Source: Botryllus schlosseri
Lineage: Eukaryota
NCBI GenBank assembly: GCA_051294905.1
Contig: CM119386.1
Span: 5,952,001 to 6,016,000 of the forward strand
Direction of reading: 5' to 3'
Length of the DNA stretch: 64,000 bases
Part shown: piece by piece, positions 38,601 to 53,600 of the stretch
Layout of the letters: every line of letters starts with the position of its first letter
Position numbering within the stretch: position 1 is the stretch's first letter
The notes under the pieces: model-generated
Seen by the model: only the letters and a program-made list of their open reading frames with translations
The model's database searches: none
Told to the model about the DNA's origin: nothing
Made by a program: the position numbers and the translations under genes

Positions 38601-41600
38601 CTGTCGCACACAGAAATAACATCATTAATTTCTACTCATTTGCAAGTAGAAGTATCAATCTCCAAGACAGAATAAGAATTATAGCTACATAGTTCTGGGA
38701 TTATCACAAAGAGATTAATCCGATCAAACCTCGATTAGCGGTGGAACTAGCCTGAATCTTTGATGACTGGCGCTCCCTAATGTGTTCTACTGGGCAAAAA
38801 GTGAACACCGCAAATTTACAAAGAAACAGAAGATGAGACAATATCCATTTTGGTGCATAAAAATATAATTGTCTTTGATATGACGGCGATATCAAACAAT
38901 GTATGCAATAGTGCTTTTACGCAATCCAATGACGCCACTGCATAGAGCACCTGTGGATCTTGTCAGCGTTTGCTACAAACAGATAAAACGGATCAATTTG
39001 TCAAATATAAGTACCTCCACAGTCATATCTTTACCCACAAGCTTCACGCTAGGCTCTCCCGGTTGCTTCCGAGACATGAGGGTAGCAGACAATGAGTCAA
39101 TCGAGCCGATAGCTGAGCTACCGACTTTTCTTGCCTGAAAACAACTCGAATTGTATCAATTTACAGCGATTCCAGGCGCTTGATGGGAAAACAGCACCTG
39201 ATCTCTGTTTTGCGCGTGTAATGCAGCATTGCGCGACTCTTTATCTTTCCTGTATTCCAAACGTTCTTCGGGCGACAGGTAATTTTCCTCTTCGTCCAAG
39301 ATAGCTTTGGGTGATTCCGTCGACGGCGGAGGCAGGGAGTACTGCGGGACACCGTTATCCTATTCGCGATAAACAGATATATAAAAGACAGTGGATGGTC
39401 TACGGCCTGAGCGTTCGTAGTATTGGTCAAAATTTGTGATCAAGATACAATGTTACTATGCGAAACGTATTTTTACGTCTCAATGGTCTTGCCCAAGCAT
39501 AACGTTGATATAATTCAATTCGATCAAGTTGCAGTGAGACATATATTGCAAATCGGCACAATTTAGACACCGTCATATTCTGGCCGATTTTCATCGATTT
39601 AAATTATGATAATATAAAATATTTGAATCACATTTTTTCTCAAAGCTATTAGTTTTGCAACTCAGCTTTCATCGTAGGACTAACACAAGCAGACGCTGAC
39701 CAGGGTGTGAAAGCGACCAAGATCTTACTGTTATCTACATCGTCGGATATCAGCTCAACAAAGTATATAGCAAATGATTAAAAGCGCATAAATGTCACAC
39801 TACACCGTACCATGGCCGCTGCGCTGATAAACTGCTCCCTAGCTGCATCAACTACAAGATCAAGCGCTCCCACTAGATTAGAGGCTGCCTTTTCAATTTC
39901 CTCAGGTGCTTCGGAGCCGGCAATACTAAACACAGAAATCAGAGACAAATCAAATTTTTTTAATGACTTATGGAGGAACTTCAATATAAAATTGAATACT
40001 ATATTCATATTGAAATAAACCCTAATATTTTCAGCTGATACTCGTGAGGATTCAATCGTCAGCAATTAGTAGAGAATTGACAAGAACATTGTATATCAAC
40101 AATCGTGTCACCAATTCTCGACTAGTTGCTGACGATTACCCTAAACAAGTGTCAGCCGAATACATTCACCTATATTTCAGTATGAATATAATATTCAATC
40201 GAATCGTTGAACTACTGTATCGCATAAATGGTCTCACCCGTTAAGCGATGATGTCATATCTGATAACGCGTTCACCGCATCCAGTTGTGTATCATTACCC
40301 ACTTCGTCTGGCGCTGCTATCAGACTTTTCAGAGCACTGCTGGCTTGTTGCACTCCTAAGAAATTATATGTGATTTGACTGTGTTATTTCCTGACACCAA
40401 GCCGTACCCAGACGTGGTCAGTAAAGAAGTATTTCTACTTCTTTAGGTGTTGACCACTTGCGCTACATACTCGAGTGGTTGTTTTTAGATTACTTCCACT
40501 TGTACTCGACAGTTTTTTTATGAAAAACAACTCACTTTTCACACTTTGTATTTTGTAAAGTGGTACGTAGTTATGGGCTGGTTTGCATCACTGTTATGAG
40601 TGATACCGACAGCTCAAAATAACCACTGCATCCCGATAACTGATTATATTTTCGAAATCGCATTTATGTGTAGCGACATTTGTCATTTTGTATCAGTCAC
40701 GAATATGCACATTGCAATTTCGAAGGAAGTCACCTCCGACTAACTACTAGAAGAATGTGAACCCTCGACCAAATTTCTTGTTGAAAATACACATTTGAGG
40801 TACTTTTCAAACCATCATATTTTACCTCCATTTAAAGTAATATTGATTGAGTAGAAATTTACCGTAGTAGTTATACTACAGTACCTGCGTTACCGCTTAA
40901 ACCAAGTCTGGTCGTACCTTCCAGATTGTTTTCATAGCTGGTTTTTCCCGTCACCGCCTTCACCAGTTCCGCTCTCAATTTTGACCGGCTTTCTTTTCCG
41001 CTCGTGGCATCTCCGTCGCCTGCGCATTTAAAACAGCTAGGTTTACACTAGAGGAGTGGCTCCTTCACACGCGTACTTTTATATTGCAAAGCCTCCCCGC
41101 CATACTAGACAGCGGTTTTCCCAACAGAATGTTTCGAGCTAGGTATTGTATCTTGTATCAGCATACGCCATCTCAAAATTTAGGACAGTGACCCTATACC
41201 ATTTTTGAGAGTGAGAGCTATTTCTAAAGTAGATCAACTTTGAAGCATTCTGGCTAAAATGATAAACTAATAATCCCTTTATTTGAGAGCTACAAAATGA
41301 AACGGTTAGTATAATAATTCATAGTACCATGAAGAATTATTCTGTCCGACTTCACAAATACGTTGTATGACACGGAAGGCTTTGTTTGGAGCATATACAT
41401 GTTAAGAAAGGGGTGCTGCACTGGCACAAAACTCAACTAGAACATATTTGAAAGGTCTATACCACAAAGCAACAAAAGAAAGTCCCATACAACTTCGCCG
41501 TATCATCAATCACAGTGGTGGAATTCAAGAGTGCTGACGAACAGAAGAGAACAGCTTGACCTATGCCTTGCATAAGCGTTCATTATTGTACAATCCACCC

Positions 41601-44600
41601 CCTTGGTATACTGAACCTTATAACAAGAAAATATCATGACCTGTTTACAATCGGCATAAACCTGACACTGCCACCAAATACTGCTACAACAAGTATTGGG
41701 TAACACAGAATTAAACAATACAACTTACCAGTAGTTTGATTCCCCTCTCTGCTCGCCTGAAACGAATATGGGATAGACAACAATTATTACCAGCATAGAA
41801 ATTAGTTTTTTTTTCGCACACTCACCTGAGCGTTTAGTATCTCCCCCGCCATCTGCGAAAATTCTGACATAGCTTGAGCACCGGAGGAGGCTATAGTGAG
41901 GGTGGTCATATTTTGCAAAGCATCCCCGATGGTATTCTGAGATAGTCACAATACAGGTGGGAATTTCGTATTTGTGGCAAGTAACGGCAGCTACAGTCGG
42001 TAATAGTGCCATCACACTCTAGAAAAGGTTGGGGCTGATTTTTTTTAATACACTGTTGCAGTTAAAAGCAATGGAACGAATCCCTGGATCCAAATCTCAA
42101 TATAAAACCAGGATTTGTTCTAGGACCAATAAATATTGGAGTGAAGGGGCAATCCGAAAATATGCTTGAAATTTAGTCAAGAGTAAATCCACAATTTGCA
42201 ACATTACTGTTTATTAATAATATCTTGACCCTCAGCCATTTTCGCAAACTAATACTAATACAAGTGCCTTTTGAGATTGCAGTATGAATTTGAGACACAC
42301 CGAACCGCTTCTACATCTTCATCACGCACCGATTTTTTATACTTCTGTAGGCTATGTCTCATTGGCTGATAGCAGTGCAACATGCTCGTGCATGCCTCTA
42401 TTTAATAGTATTGTCATCAATTTCAGTGCTATATTTGTAGGACGATGTCGCAGTTTGAAAATTGGATTGTAAAAGAGTGGTTCCATCTCTCTCCATTCTA
42501 CTATTTATTTAGCTTTTCTTGAGGTATTTTGAATCAATGAAAGGACATCGACTGAAAATTTTCATCGCTCGGAAGCTACAATCAGTCGTTGTTGAAAGGA
42601 ATTTCGGCCAAGCCAACTGTTAGATGAGGCTAGCCACAATACAAGCTCAATAAAGACTTACCAAGTCCTCATAGACTCTCGCTCTCAATGTCTGCGTTGC
42701 CTTGTCGCCAAATTCATCCACGACATGCACTTGAATGGTAACCCTAACAAGTTAATAGCAATCATAAGGTTGCTACTTTACAACAGAGAACCAATATCTA
42801 ACATTCATGTAGAACAGGGGTGTCAAACATACGACCCGCAGGCCGCATCCGGCCCACAAAGAAATTCTGAGTAGATGTTGAGATTATAAAAAACAATGCT
42901 CCCACTAAATAATCCCTCACAACAGCAAATATCGAGTATGTTCAGAGGCCACATCATAACCATCCAACAGGGTGTCAGTCTATAGTCCCCATTACGAACG
43001 AATCAATGACAATGAGAAGTCAAAAAAGTGCACCACGAGTTGAGGGTTTTATGGAAATATGGATCAAAAAGTAGTTATTCTCAGAAGCGAAAACACCAAT
43101 GCGAAACCGTTATATGCAGGTTACACAGAGACTACAATAGTTACACAAAACTATAAATAGAATATCGGCGGTCGCCCTGCTGTATCAACTGACTCAAAAG
43201 ATTCCCGGCCTCCATAGAAATCTGAATCGCGATTACATAATATTGAACTAAATTCCAATATCCGCGTTCACAGTCAAATCTGTTGTGTTCCTCACAACGC
43301 ATACGCAGGACTAACACCAGATTACGACTAATACAAAGAGAGCACAGAAAAACGCCAACTTACAACGGCGATAGAGCCGCTGTATTCAACTGCCAATCAT
43401 GATATGTTGCCAGAATAGAACCTCTATGATCCGAAAAATATTGTAATCCCTACCATTATACATATAGACTTGATAATAAAGTACTTCAGTGAAAAACAAG
43501 GGCATGGACCTCGATGTAACATTTTGGAATCATTTGACTGGTCCGGGCCGCAAGCAATCTCAAGGTTTGAATCCGCCCCGCGACGCAAGTTGAGTTCGAC
43601 ACCCCTGATATAGAAGCAACCATAGTGTACCAAAAGTCTTCCTCTTCGATGCCGGGTGCCAGATACTTATCTGCGACGATGGGGTTGTTTCCGGATGATA
43701 GAAGGTAAGGCACTTCTTTGCTATGCTTCTGATACCAAATCTAGGCGTGGAAAAGTAAAAGAAATACTGTCCTAACTCAGTAAAACGACGAACAAATCTG
43801 AAAAGCAATACTTCGTATTTGAGTGTGACTGATTTGTCTTTCACTGTGGTGTCTTCATTAACACCTTCGTCGGTCCAATCCCAGCAGTGTATTGTGAAAG
43901 TATCGTTGACACAATTCCCTGTATCGCAAAAATCAGAGATTTTCCACTGGCAATCTCAACTCAAAAGAGCAAAGACATCGGATGGTTCCCTTATCAATTC
44001 TTCAAAGATGTCAATGCAGATTACTATCAACGACATTTCTTTGAAGTGGCAATCAACCCGCATTGTTGTCACAATTCCTATGTCCTATTTATGGAAGACA
44101 GATACGAAATTATTTCAAGTTGAACTATCAATATTTTATTTGTAATCAAATTAGAGGTTACCTATATCAGCTTTTCAGATTTTCCCATAGTGCATGACAT
44201 CATAATGATTAATACTTAGAAACTTAATTGAGACTTAATTGAGACTTTCATCTTTCAACATTTGAAACAAACATCCTTACAGCGACAACACACCAAAATG
44301 TAGGTATATCGTGATAAATACAATAACTTTAATCAGACAGAGACAGAGCAACAATCCAAGTTTGAGATACCGGTAACGCAATGCTGATTGCGACAGAATT
44401 TGGCAATAACTAAAAGAAATTACTCATTATCATGTCATAACAAGCGGTGATAACAACTGATAACTGAAGTTATTTTCAATTAAGAGCCATTCTCGAAATG
44501 TATAGCGTATAATAAAACAAACATATAATTCAATTATTCAAAGTCTCGAAGCAACAGGTAATGCAAACAGTGTTTTCATGTTACCTTCTTGCGGAGTGAT

Positions 44601-47600
44601 GTCACACTGCCCATCTTCCGGCGGCACATTAACGGACACGTCCGCGGTTGTCATGCCATCCAGATAGCCTTCTCGACTGCCCACCACTTTAATCCTGTAT
44701 CTCTTACCAGGCAAGAACGATTGCGACTTCAGCACAAGCGCAGGAATGTTGGTACCTGCTCAACACAGCCACGGTGATGGTAGTCACAAAATTTAAATGA
44801 GATGGTGTACCTGTGGTCGTCCTATTTTCAAAGTCTTCCATCAAGGTGTACGTGCCATTATTGCCATTTTCCTCGTATACCCGCCACTGGTAAGATATCT
44901 GACCCGCACTCCTGCACGTCAGACAGGCAGCGCGCAATGACAAGACTTTGAAGCTGTTTATTCTCGCTTTGCAGTTGTAAAGGCATTCAATTCTACAAAC
45001 CGATCAAGGCAGTCAAACATATTTATGTAACTATTTTGTTTCTTGCTACGTTCAATATATAACAAATAGTTGGATGTTGATGGAAACACTGCTCAATGCT
45101 CGGCTCATTCCAACCCGAGAGACGTGAAAAGGATGAAATTGTACTACATGTGTACTACGAAAAATCAGAATTACTTTGCTGCTGATTACCTCTGCCTTGT
45201 AGAGGAAGATAAAGATATATTGAGCTTGCTAAATGGAGGGTGAGTCAAACAGTTTGGAAATCACTGCGTAAGATAAAGCAATACTTCAATTTATTGAAAA
45301 TATATTCCCTACATTGGTATCAGTCGAACTAAGATATTATCAGACACCTCATTCTTGCAGTGAGAAATAGCGTCAATTATTCAATTGACCAAACCTATTT
45401 CATGTAGACAAAAAATGTTTCTCTGTAACTCACAAATTTCTCATTAGTTTGTTTTGTTTCGTGTTTGTACTGTAACAGTTTATTTACAAATTGCATATGT
45501 CGCTACTATAATACCATATACTTCAAAGTTTGTTATTGTTGCCATTGTTATCAATGCGAATCTCATGGTCTGTGATTTTGATTGTTGCGTCATACTTTAC
45601 CTTTTTGGTTCTGCTTTCAAATCTGTTTAAATCCCTTCAGTGCGCCGTTAACTCTTGAAAAGAGGCACCCGAAAAGTCTTTGAGTTCAATAAATATTCTA
45701 CTACAATGGATGTTGTATTGATAGCTACATACAGATTTGTAATTGGTTCAATAAACACGTCTTGGGGAGGATAAACAACAATATGAGTGTGAACATGGCT
45801 TCTGTGTCTACAAGACACACGCTGTGCCGAGTTGTCGAGGCCTTTCAAATATGTGAAGCTCGGTCAATGAAGGAAGAATACGCATTAACTTCCACACGCA
45901 ATCCACTAGAATCAGATCATGGGAAGAAGATGATAATACACACATATTACCCAACTGCTGCGGTATATCATGAATCCACGTTATTCAGGGGTGCATCCCA
46001 TTGGGAAGGAGCTTAAAGAAGTTTGAGAAGCAAGCAGGCGTGTAGCCAGGCCGCGAAGGGCGCCTTTGCCCCAGCGAATTGTGAAGTCATGTTTTAATAT
46101 GTCACATTTACAAACCCTTCCTATTTTCACCCTGACTTGACCTTCGTGTGTTAGTAACTCCGCATTTGAGATGATAACTTGACGATCGTCTAATTTATTA
46201 GGGATAAGAGGTAAGGCGCAAACCTTAAAGAAGGCGGTGCTCCTTCTTGTATCTCTAGTAACTGATAGGAAATGGCCGATCTGTGCGTGAGTGGATCGGA
46301 AGCCTTTACGTAGACTACGTACTTGAGGTCTTTTTCCAATTTGCTTGCATCGATCTGAATAGTTCGACGAGAATCAATTTTGTAAGCATTCCAACCACGC
46401 TTAAAGATTTCCAGTAAGGCATTGGTAAGTAGATTGGCTTCAGAAGAAATATGTCTGCATTAAGGCTAGGCACAACAATTCAAGTACACTGGTGCTCATA
46501 ATGTGGCGTAATTGAATACTCGATTTGAAGCTACTCAATCATGCAGATTAAATTTAAGCCAACATGATCATCAACTATTCATCCTAATCTACCTCCAGCG
46601 AGGGGCATTTAAGAAGGTCCGTGTCATTTCTCAGTGATATTACGCTGGCGCTTATGTTCACATCTTGCTCTTGTGTGAAGTATCCTCCAGACATGCACGG
46701 ATTCGATGGCTCAAAATACGAGAAATCATCTTTAAGGAAATTAAATATGTAATTACACAACGTAGACGGCAAGACAACGTAGTTGATACCTAGCATGTCA
46801 CAAATATACGCCATGGTGATACAGTCGTGTGTGACGTTACCGTTTATTTCCCAACTACTGGAATCTTGTCCATCATCATCAGAGCTGCACACAAAGACAC
46901 AAAGGCGATGATTTAGGGAATACAATGTCCTAAAATAAATCATATTTCAAAATACATGGGATGTTGTTTGGATTCTCTTTACAGTTGAAAATTTTCAATG
47001 CTGAGATTCGGTCGAAAATCTTTCGATGATTAAATTACCAATATGAAGTTACACATTCGCGTAACTAACGAGTTCCGCACCCATAACGCCGTGTGTCAAG
47101 TTCTCTGCTATTTTGCCTCAAAAGTTCAGAAAGGCACAACTGAAATGAATATTTATTAGTTCAAAGGAAATGGTAGATATAATTCTATAATCACAACTCT
47201 TAAACACCTGACTACCATCCAGTCCGTGAACAACATATAATCTGGTCAAAATTCAAACCTCAAATTGTTTATCTACACCTACCTGTAACCAATGCCAAGA
47301 TGTTCGGGACCAAAAATCAAATCCGACATCTCCCGATTGCATACCGTTTTTCCAGCACAGTAAGATTGTAAATTACTGGAAACAGCTTCCTGAGGACATA
47401 ACGAGTCAGCGTCGTTGCATCTAGACAAAGTATGTGTGACAAATACGATTAACAACAAGACATCGCATTGGTAACTTACTGCTGGCCGGTCGTTGAACTG
47501 AACGCAGTGATATTCAGCAAGTTGAAGCGCGACAGTTTTGGACAAACCAAGTCGACCGTGTCACCCAAGCACGCAGTTATCTCTCTTGGTTCTTTTATTA

Positions 47601-50600
47601 GCGAAAACTCGTTGTTAACTGAGCATTAGCGTTATTCAAAAATAACTTTTTTTCTAGATTCTGGAGAGTCACTGATTAAATCGTTAGGTAGCCTAAAAAA
47701 TCGGTGCACGCCAAATTTGGCTAGATTCCAACTGGTTGATGTGAACGTACAGGAGACGAGTTTAAATTTATTGAAAAAAATGAAAAATATTTTTTAAATT
47801 TGACTGTCAGTCCCCTAAAACTTGGTAAGTTGTCGAAAAGAACGATGCTTGACAATTTGTGATCGCTGACAACCATTAGAAACGAAATTAATCCAGTTGA
47901 AAATTTTGGATTTGCAAAAATAGCCTGGCCGGCAGGTAATCCCAGAATTATAAATGAAAAACTCAACTAACTTCGCTTCTACGCTTGTGTCTCACTGATT
48001 CCGAAAATACAAATTAAAATTTGGTCAGAGCCATGGAACCACCCCGAAATAACCGTAAAAATCGGCATCGTTCCATCGCTCTACGCAATTTCACGGCTAT
48101 TTCAGAGCGGTTCCACTGCCTTAGCAGATTTTAATTTGTATTTTGGGAATCGGTGCGGCACTAGCTTTCGATTAATACCAGTTTTATTAAATTTGAGCGT
48201 TGGGGTCGCCAGCTATGGGACTACCATTTGTAAAAATGAAGTTTCAAGTGACTCTTGGAGGTGTAGAGCTTAAACATACAATTGAGTAGCCTAATATATT
48301 CATTATTCATATTGAAATAAACCCAGATATTTTCGACTGACACTCATCAGGAGTAAATGTCAGCAAGTAGCGGAACACTGTATCAACAACCCTTTTTACC
48401 GTACCTTTTTTCGGACTGAATATCACTTCTAACAGCGCTTTAGACACCCCAGCAGTGTAGTCGCCAGCCGAGGTATTCGCAAGAAACAAGCCGGACCACT
48501 GATAGAACAAGGTTCTGCCTAGAACGTCATTTTTCCCCGATGTTCCGGGGCTCTCTATGTCTGGATCATACGATGCGCCGAGCCCAGTTACAGTGATGAC
48601 CTTTTAGACAGTTAAGAAAATGGAATATATCACAGACAGTGTGAACAAATGAGTGCTCATGGCAGGGTTGTAACGATTCGAGTCATGACTCAAGTGCATG
48701 ACTCGGACCAAGTTATATGACTCAAGACTGGGTCTATCAGGACAGACATTTCATTGTAATTTCGAAGAATAGTTAAGTTATCCCACTATTATTATTTCGT
48801 CTATTAGTACTGCTATTTGAAAAATGGTGCCAGAAACTGTTAAAAGTGAGAAAAATTAGTATATTATGAATGCGATGCATTCGATATCACCGAGCAGAGT
48901 TGTAAAAAGTGGGTTTGACATGACTTGAACTTGATACGAACCAGTAAACACTATGCCTTGGACTCGGACTTGACTCAGTAGTGAATTTAAAATGACTCGA
49001 CTTGACTCAATAAAACAATAAAAGTCAAATTTACTTGTGACTTGGTTACAACCCTGACGGTAGTGCAGTTAGTATACACTACACACACACACACTCGGCG
49101 CACATAGGCAGCTTCCCACACAGACCATGAGTAGGTTTGGGCAAACGTGCAAACCATTTTTTTGTATTCATCAGGCGAAACTAAGAGGTTTCAAATCGAA
49201 ATTTGGGGTCACAGCCATAAAAAGGTTAGGAGCAATGATCCCTCTAAGCTGCGCACGTGCGCAAATGCGCTGTGCTGACGCGGTCTCTGCGAACAGAAAA
49301 TCCAAGTTGCGCCAAAAAATCACAAGAGATTACCTTTTTTTTTGCGCAGTGAGTTGGTGAGTGTGCGCAGACTCGTCAAAAATTAGAGTGAACATTGGTT
49401 GGGAGCCCCTGGTTTATAGGGTACGCCAGGTTATCGTGACAATTTCAATCATAATGTGATGCAAATACATCCCAACACAACACAAAATTCAAAGTGTAAA
49501 AAGTCAGCAGTTTTGACTAAAACAATTGTTAAATAGACGCGGAAGGAGTTTAAAAATAAAATCATCCTGAGTAGAAGTCACCACCTCTGAGTATATCTAA
49601 GTAGAACATATTAAAGAAACAATCAAAATGAAAATAGATGCACACCTCGTCGTGCCCGACAGTGCGCGCATTTCCATTCAGAACACCCGGCACTAACGGC
49701 GTCGGATATACTTTGAGATATATGCAATCTGTAGTGGAAACCCCGTACACTCCCACCATACCCACGTTCAAGCAAATCAAATACATTCCAAGATCCAAAA
49801 AGCGCGGTTCTACCCTCAGAATATCGCTCCTGAATGCACATCTCGCAGATAGGCACAAAATAGAAAGGAATTCGACAACACCCAACATACTTTGCAGTAT
49901 AACTCAAGCCGGGCACGTACTCGTAATGATATGTAGCGGCGTTATGTTCCAGACTGACATGTTCTCGAATGCTTTGTAAGCCTTCACCTTCCAACCATTG
50001 ATCAGCCGTATCAAAATTCATCTCAACGATATTATCTGGATCAAAATATTCATTCCATCATTGATTTGGGTCAAACTTTTGAATCTGAGTGATACAATTC
50101 GAAATTGAGTATTAAGCTATTAGTGGAGTTGAATAATCAAGTATCAAGTCATAACAGTATGAAAGGAAAGGACATAGTTTATGTTTTTGCCGCATACACA
50201 CCGACTCATGATATACATACCCACGATCTGTGCATATGCATACCATGAGTGCATGATGTGCAGATATAGCCTTGTACGGCTTTCTAAGTCTGGCACCACC
50301 CATCCATGCTATCTCAGTAATGCATGAGCAACAGGCAAGGAAATCATGGATACCAGTGTTACTAATCAAGTCTTTGGTCTGACACGGCCGGGGATCGAGC
50401 CCACGATCTACTGATCAAGAAGCAGGACGCTTCACCGTTACGCTATATTGTCGGTTGTATGAAAGATGTGAAAAGTTCAAATATGTACCTTTTATGCTAC
50501 CACAAAGAATATAACCATTTTGATCTTGTGAAATTCAATCTATTGCTCGTCTAAGTCACACTCATTTATAGCACACACAAATCAGTCCATTGTCAGAGGA

Positions 50601-53600
50601 AAAAACAATTGTTATGTAATCAAACTCCCTTGCACGACTTTCCCGTTACCTAAGGTTTAGGCCGGCTTTTGAGTTTGTATTTCCTGACACTGCAATAAAT
50701 CATCCTGTCGTAACGACAAGCATAACAACCCCAAATTGCAAATTTTCACTTACCTAAATAATAGTGAATATTACATGTATGTTAGACACTATGAAACAAT
50801 AACGTCTAACAAACCTCCATCTACTTTGCCTGAGACTTCTTTAAACAAGGCCCACGTCATCTTTGTTTCACTGGACACTAAGCAACGTGTTTTAGAGGTA
50901 CTATACAGCTTCAAAGCCAATGATTTTAGCACCTGAAAGAAGTATAAATTTCAATGCAAGATAAAAAAACTGCCATAGACTGCACACATACCTCCCTTGG
51001 ATTTGAGCGAGAGTTGGTGGGCATTTTGTCCAAGGACACCATAGGATAGTCGCAGGCTACTTCGATTACAACGATGTCTTGCAGCAAGGAATAGGAGGAA
51101 ACACGATTGAAGATAAGAATCTTTGCCTGAAGACGAGCGATATCAAGATTACTAAATGAACAGTATCAGATACTTGCAGTAACGTTGCACAAGTAATTGA
51201 TCTGCGCTTGGAGACTTGTTTTCATTTCCTCAGGATGTTCTTACAGGGTGTACAGTACACTGTACGATGTTGTACACTAGGGTTGTCCAAAATTAGGAAA
51301 ATCTCAAAAATGATGGGTATCAATGTCTCATTCTATAGATTATTGATAAAAAAACAGCAATGAGCCTGGAATAAGCTCACATAAAAGTCGTTAAGATTTG
51401 TCGCAAAGCGTTTGAAAGTAGCTACCGACGAGTGGGCGTGCCAGCGACCATAGAACGGCGACAAGACTAGTAATCACGAAAGCACTGCTCTCGATTGGCT
51501 AATCGGCTATGCTTCAATGATCACGACGGTGGTGGCTTGCTGATTAGTTGTTAAAGGAGTCTGCTAACGGCGGCGATTCTGTAAGCGCATTGTAGGTTGG
51601 TTAACGGATAATGGCATAGGATTAATTCAGGACATGTTGAGTTACGAAATACATGATGATGAACAAACAACAGTTGCTTCACATAAACTTTTACAGCATG
51701 ACTGACTTATTGTGTAGGAAACCACCGTAGCCTTCATGTCTGTTTTGACCGAGGGAAAGTACAGAACCCGCCGAGAAATATTGCATAGGCGCTTATGCAA
51801 GTGGAGAACGAATTTCTCGTTTCAGAAGGGATGCATCATCATTGAATACAAATATAAAGCTCTACAATGACACTACTTTGTCTGATCTTATTGGGCTCCG
51901 GTCGTGGTATATAATTCAAGTGTTGAATGCTCTAAGGATTGGTTGAAACAGCCGTTTATGCCGGGGACTTATTAGACTCTCACAGCAATATAAATTCACG
52001 CGTAACTGCTGTCAAAGTCGTCAATGATGCCGCAGAAATAAGTGTAAAGGTAAGCACAGACTATGCTGTTATGACCATTAAAAAGACAGCGGTTTGCTTA
52101 GCCTTAGAGAATTGAAGGCATAACAGATGTGAAACGGCGAATGATTGTGCACTTTTAGAACTAAATATAAATCCGAGAAATACCTAGTTATTATTGCAGT
52201 TACGTCAGTGCTTCTACTTTTCTGGGCGTAGGTAAAGCATATTAGTCATCGTAAACTGGTGCAGCACACCATGTGTGAGATGGATGCCGCACAAAATATG
52301 ATCTGCTCTGAAGATGTTGTATGGGCTGACAGGATAGCTTATGTATTGGAACCCCGGAGAAGTGTAACTATCGCAGCGCTTCACTGCATTTTAAGCTCGT
52401 TTTATATCCATGTCTTGTTTGATTCCAGCATTTGTAGTGTTGCAGCCGGTAATGATTCAAGATTCATTCAGGACATGTTAAGATATACCAGCAAACTGTC
52501 TTTTTGCTGGTCATACCAGCATAGTCTGTGCTTACCTTTACACCTCTTTCTGAGGCATCATTGACGACTTTGACAGTACTTACGAGTGAATTCATTTTGC
52601 TGTAAGAGTCTAATAAGTCCCCAGCACAAACGGCTGTTTCAACCAATCCTTAGAGCATTCAACACTTGAATTATATACCAAGACCAGAGCCCAATAAGAT
52701 CAGACAAAGTAGTGTCATTGTTGAGCTTTATATTTGTATTCAATGATGATGCATCCCTTCTGAAACGAGAAATTAGTTCGCCACAAGCGCCTTTGCGATA
52801 TTTCTTTTCAGGTTCTCTGCTTTCCCTCGGTCAAAACAGGCATGTAGGCTACTGCGCTTTCCATCACAATAAGCCTGTCATGCTTTAAGTTTGTGTGAAG
52901 CAGCTACTGTTTGTTCATCATCATGTATTTCTTAACTCAACATGTCCTGAATTAATCCTATACCATTATCTGTCAACCAACCTACAATGCGCTTACAGAA
53001 TCGTCGCCGTTAGCAGACTCCTTTAACAACTAAACAGCAAGCCTCCACCGTCATGATCATTGAAGCATAGCCGATTAGCCAATCGAGAGCCGTGCTTTCG
53101 TGATTACTAGTCTTGTCGCCGTTCTATGGTCGCTGGCACGCCCACTCATCGGCAGCTACTTTCAAACGCTTTGCGACAAATCTTAACGACTTTCCTGTCA
53201 GCTTATTGCAGGCCCATTGCTGTTTTTTATCAATAATCTATAGAATGAGACATTGATACCCATCCTTTTTGAGATTTTCCAAATTTTGGACAACCCTATT
53301 GTACATGTATGGTGTATGGTGCGCATACATCAGGTTCTTCGTACGTTGTAGCTAATGTTTGTATTTTCTGTCTGTGCACACTGCACAGGCATATCTGTAT
53401 TGACCACAGACTGCAAAGTCAAGAATTTTCCGGATAAATTTTAATTGTATTCTTCCAGAAATATTCTTTTGTATACGGTATTTGAAAAGAGTCAGATATT
53501 GATTTAGAAAATACTTGTAAGAGAGTAGAGGTAGACATCACTAGACGCGATAAGTAAAACACAAACTACAATATCGAGAAGGATCAGTTACGCTCAATCT

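Noticed and set aside
41725-42015. 96-aa ORF as the coding frame
   Set aside because: The real exons (41826-41936 and 41729-41756) are read in different frames from this ORF.
45595-45720. Possible missing REJ exon (IFIELKDFSGASFQELTA)
   Set aside because: I found no in-phase donor before the stop; left unresolved rather than called.
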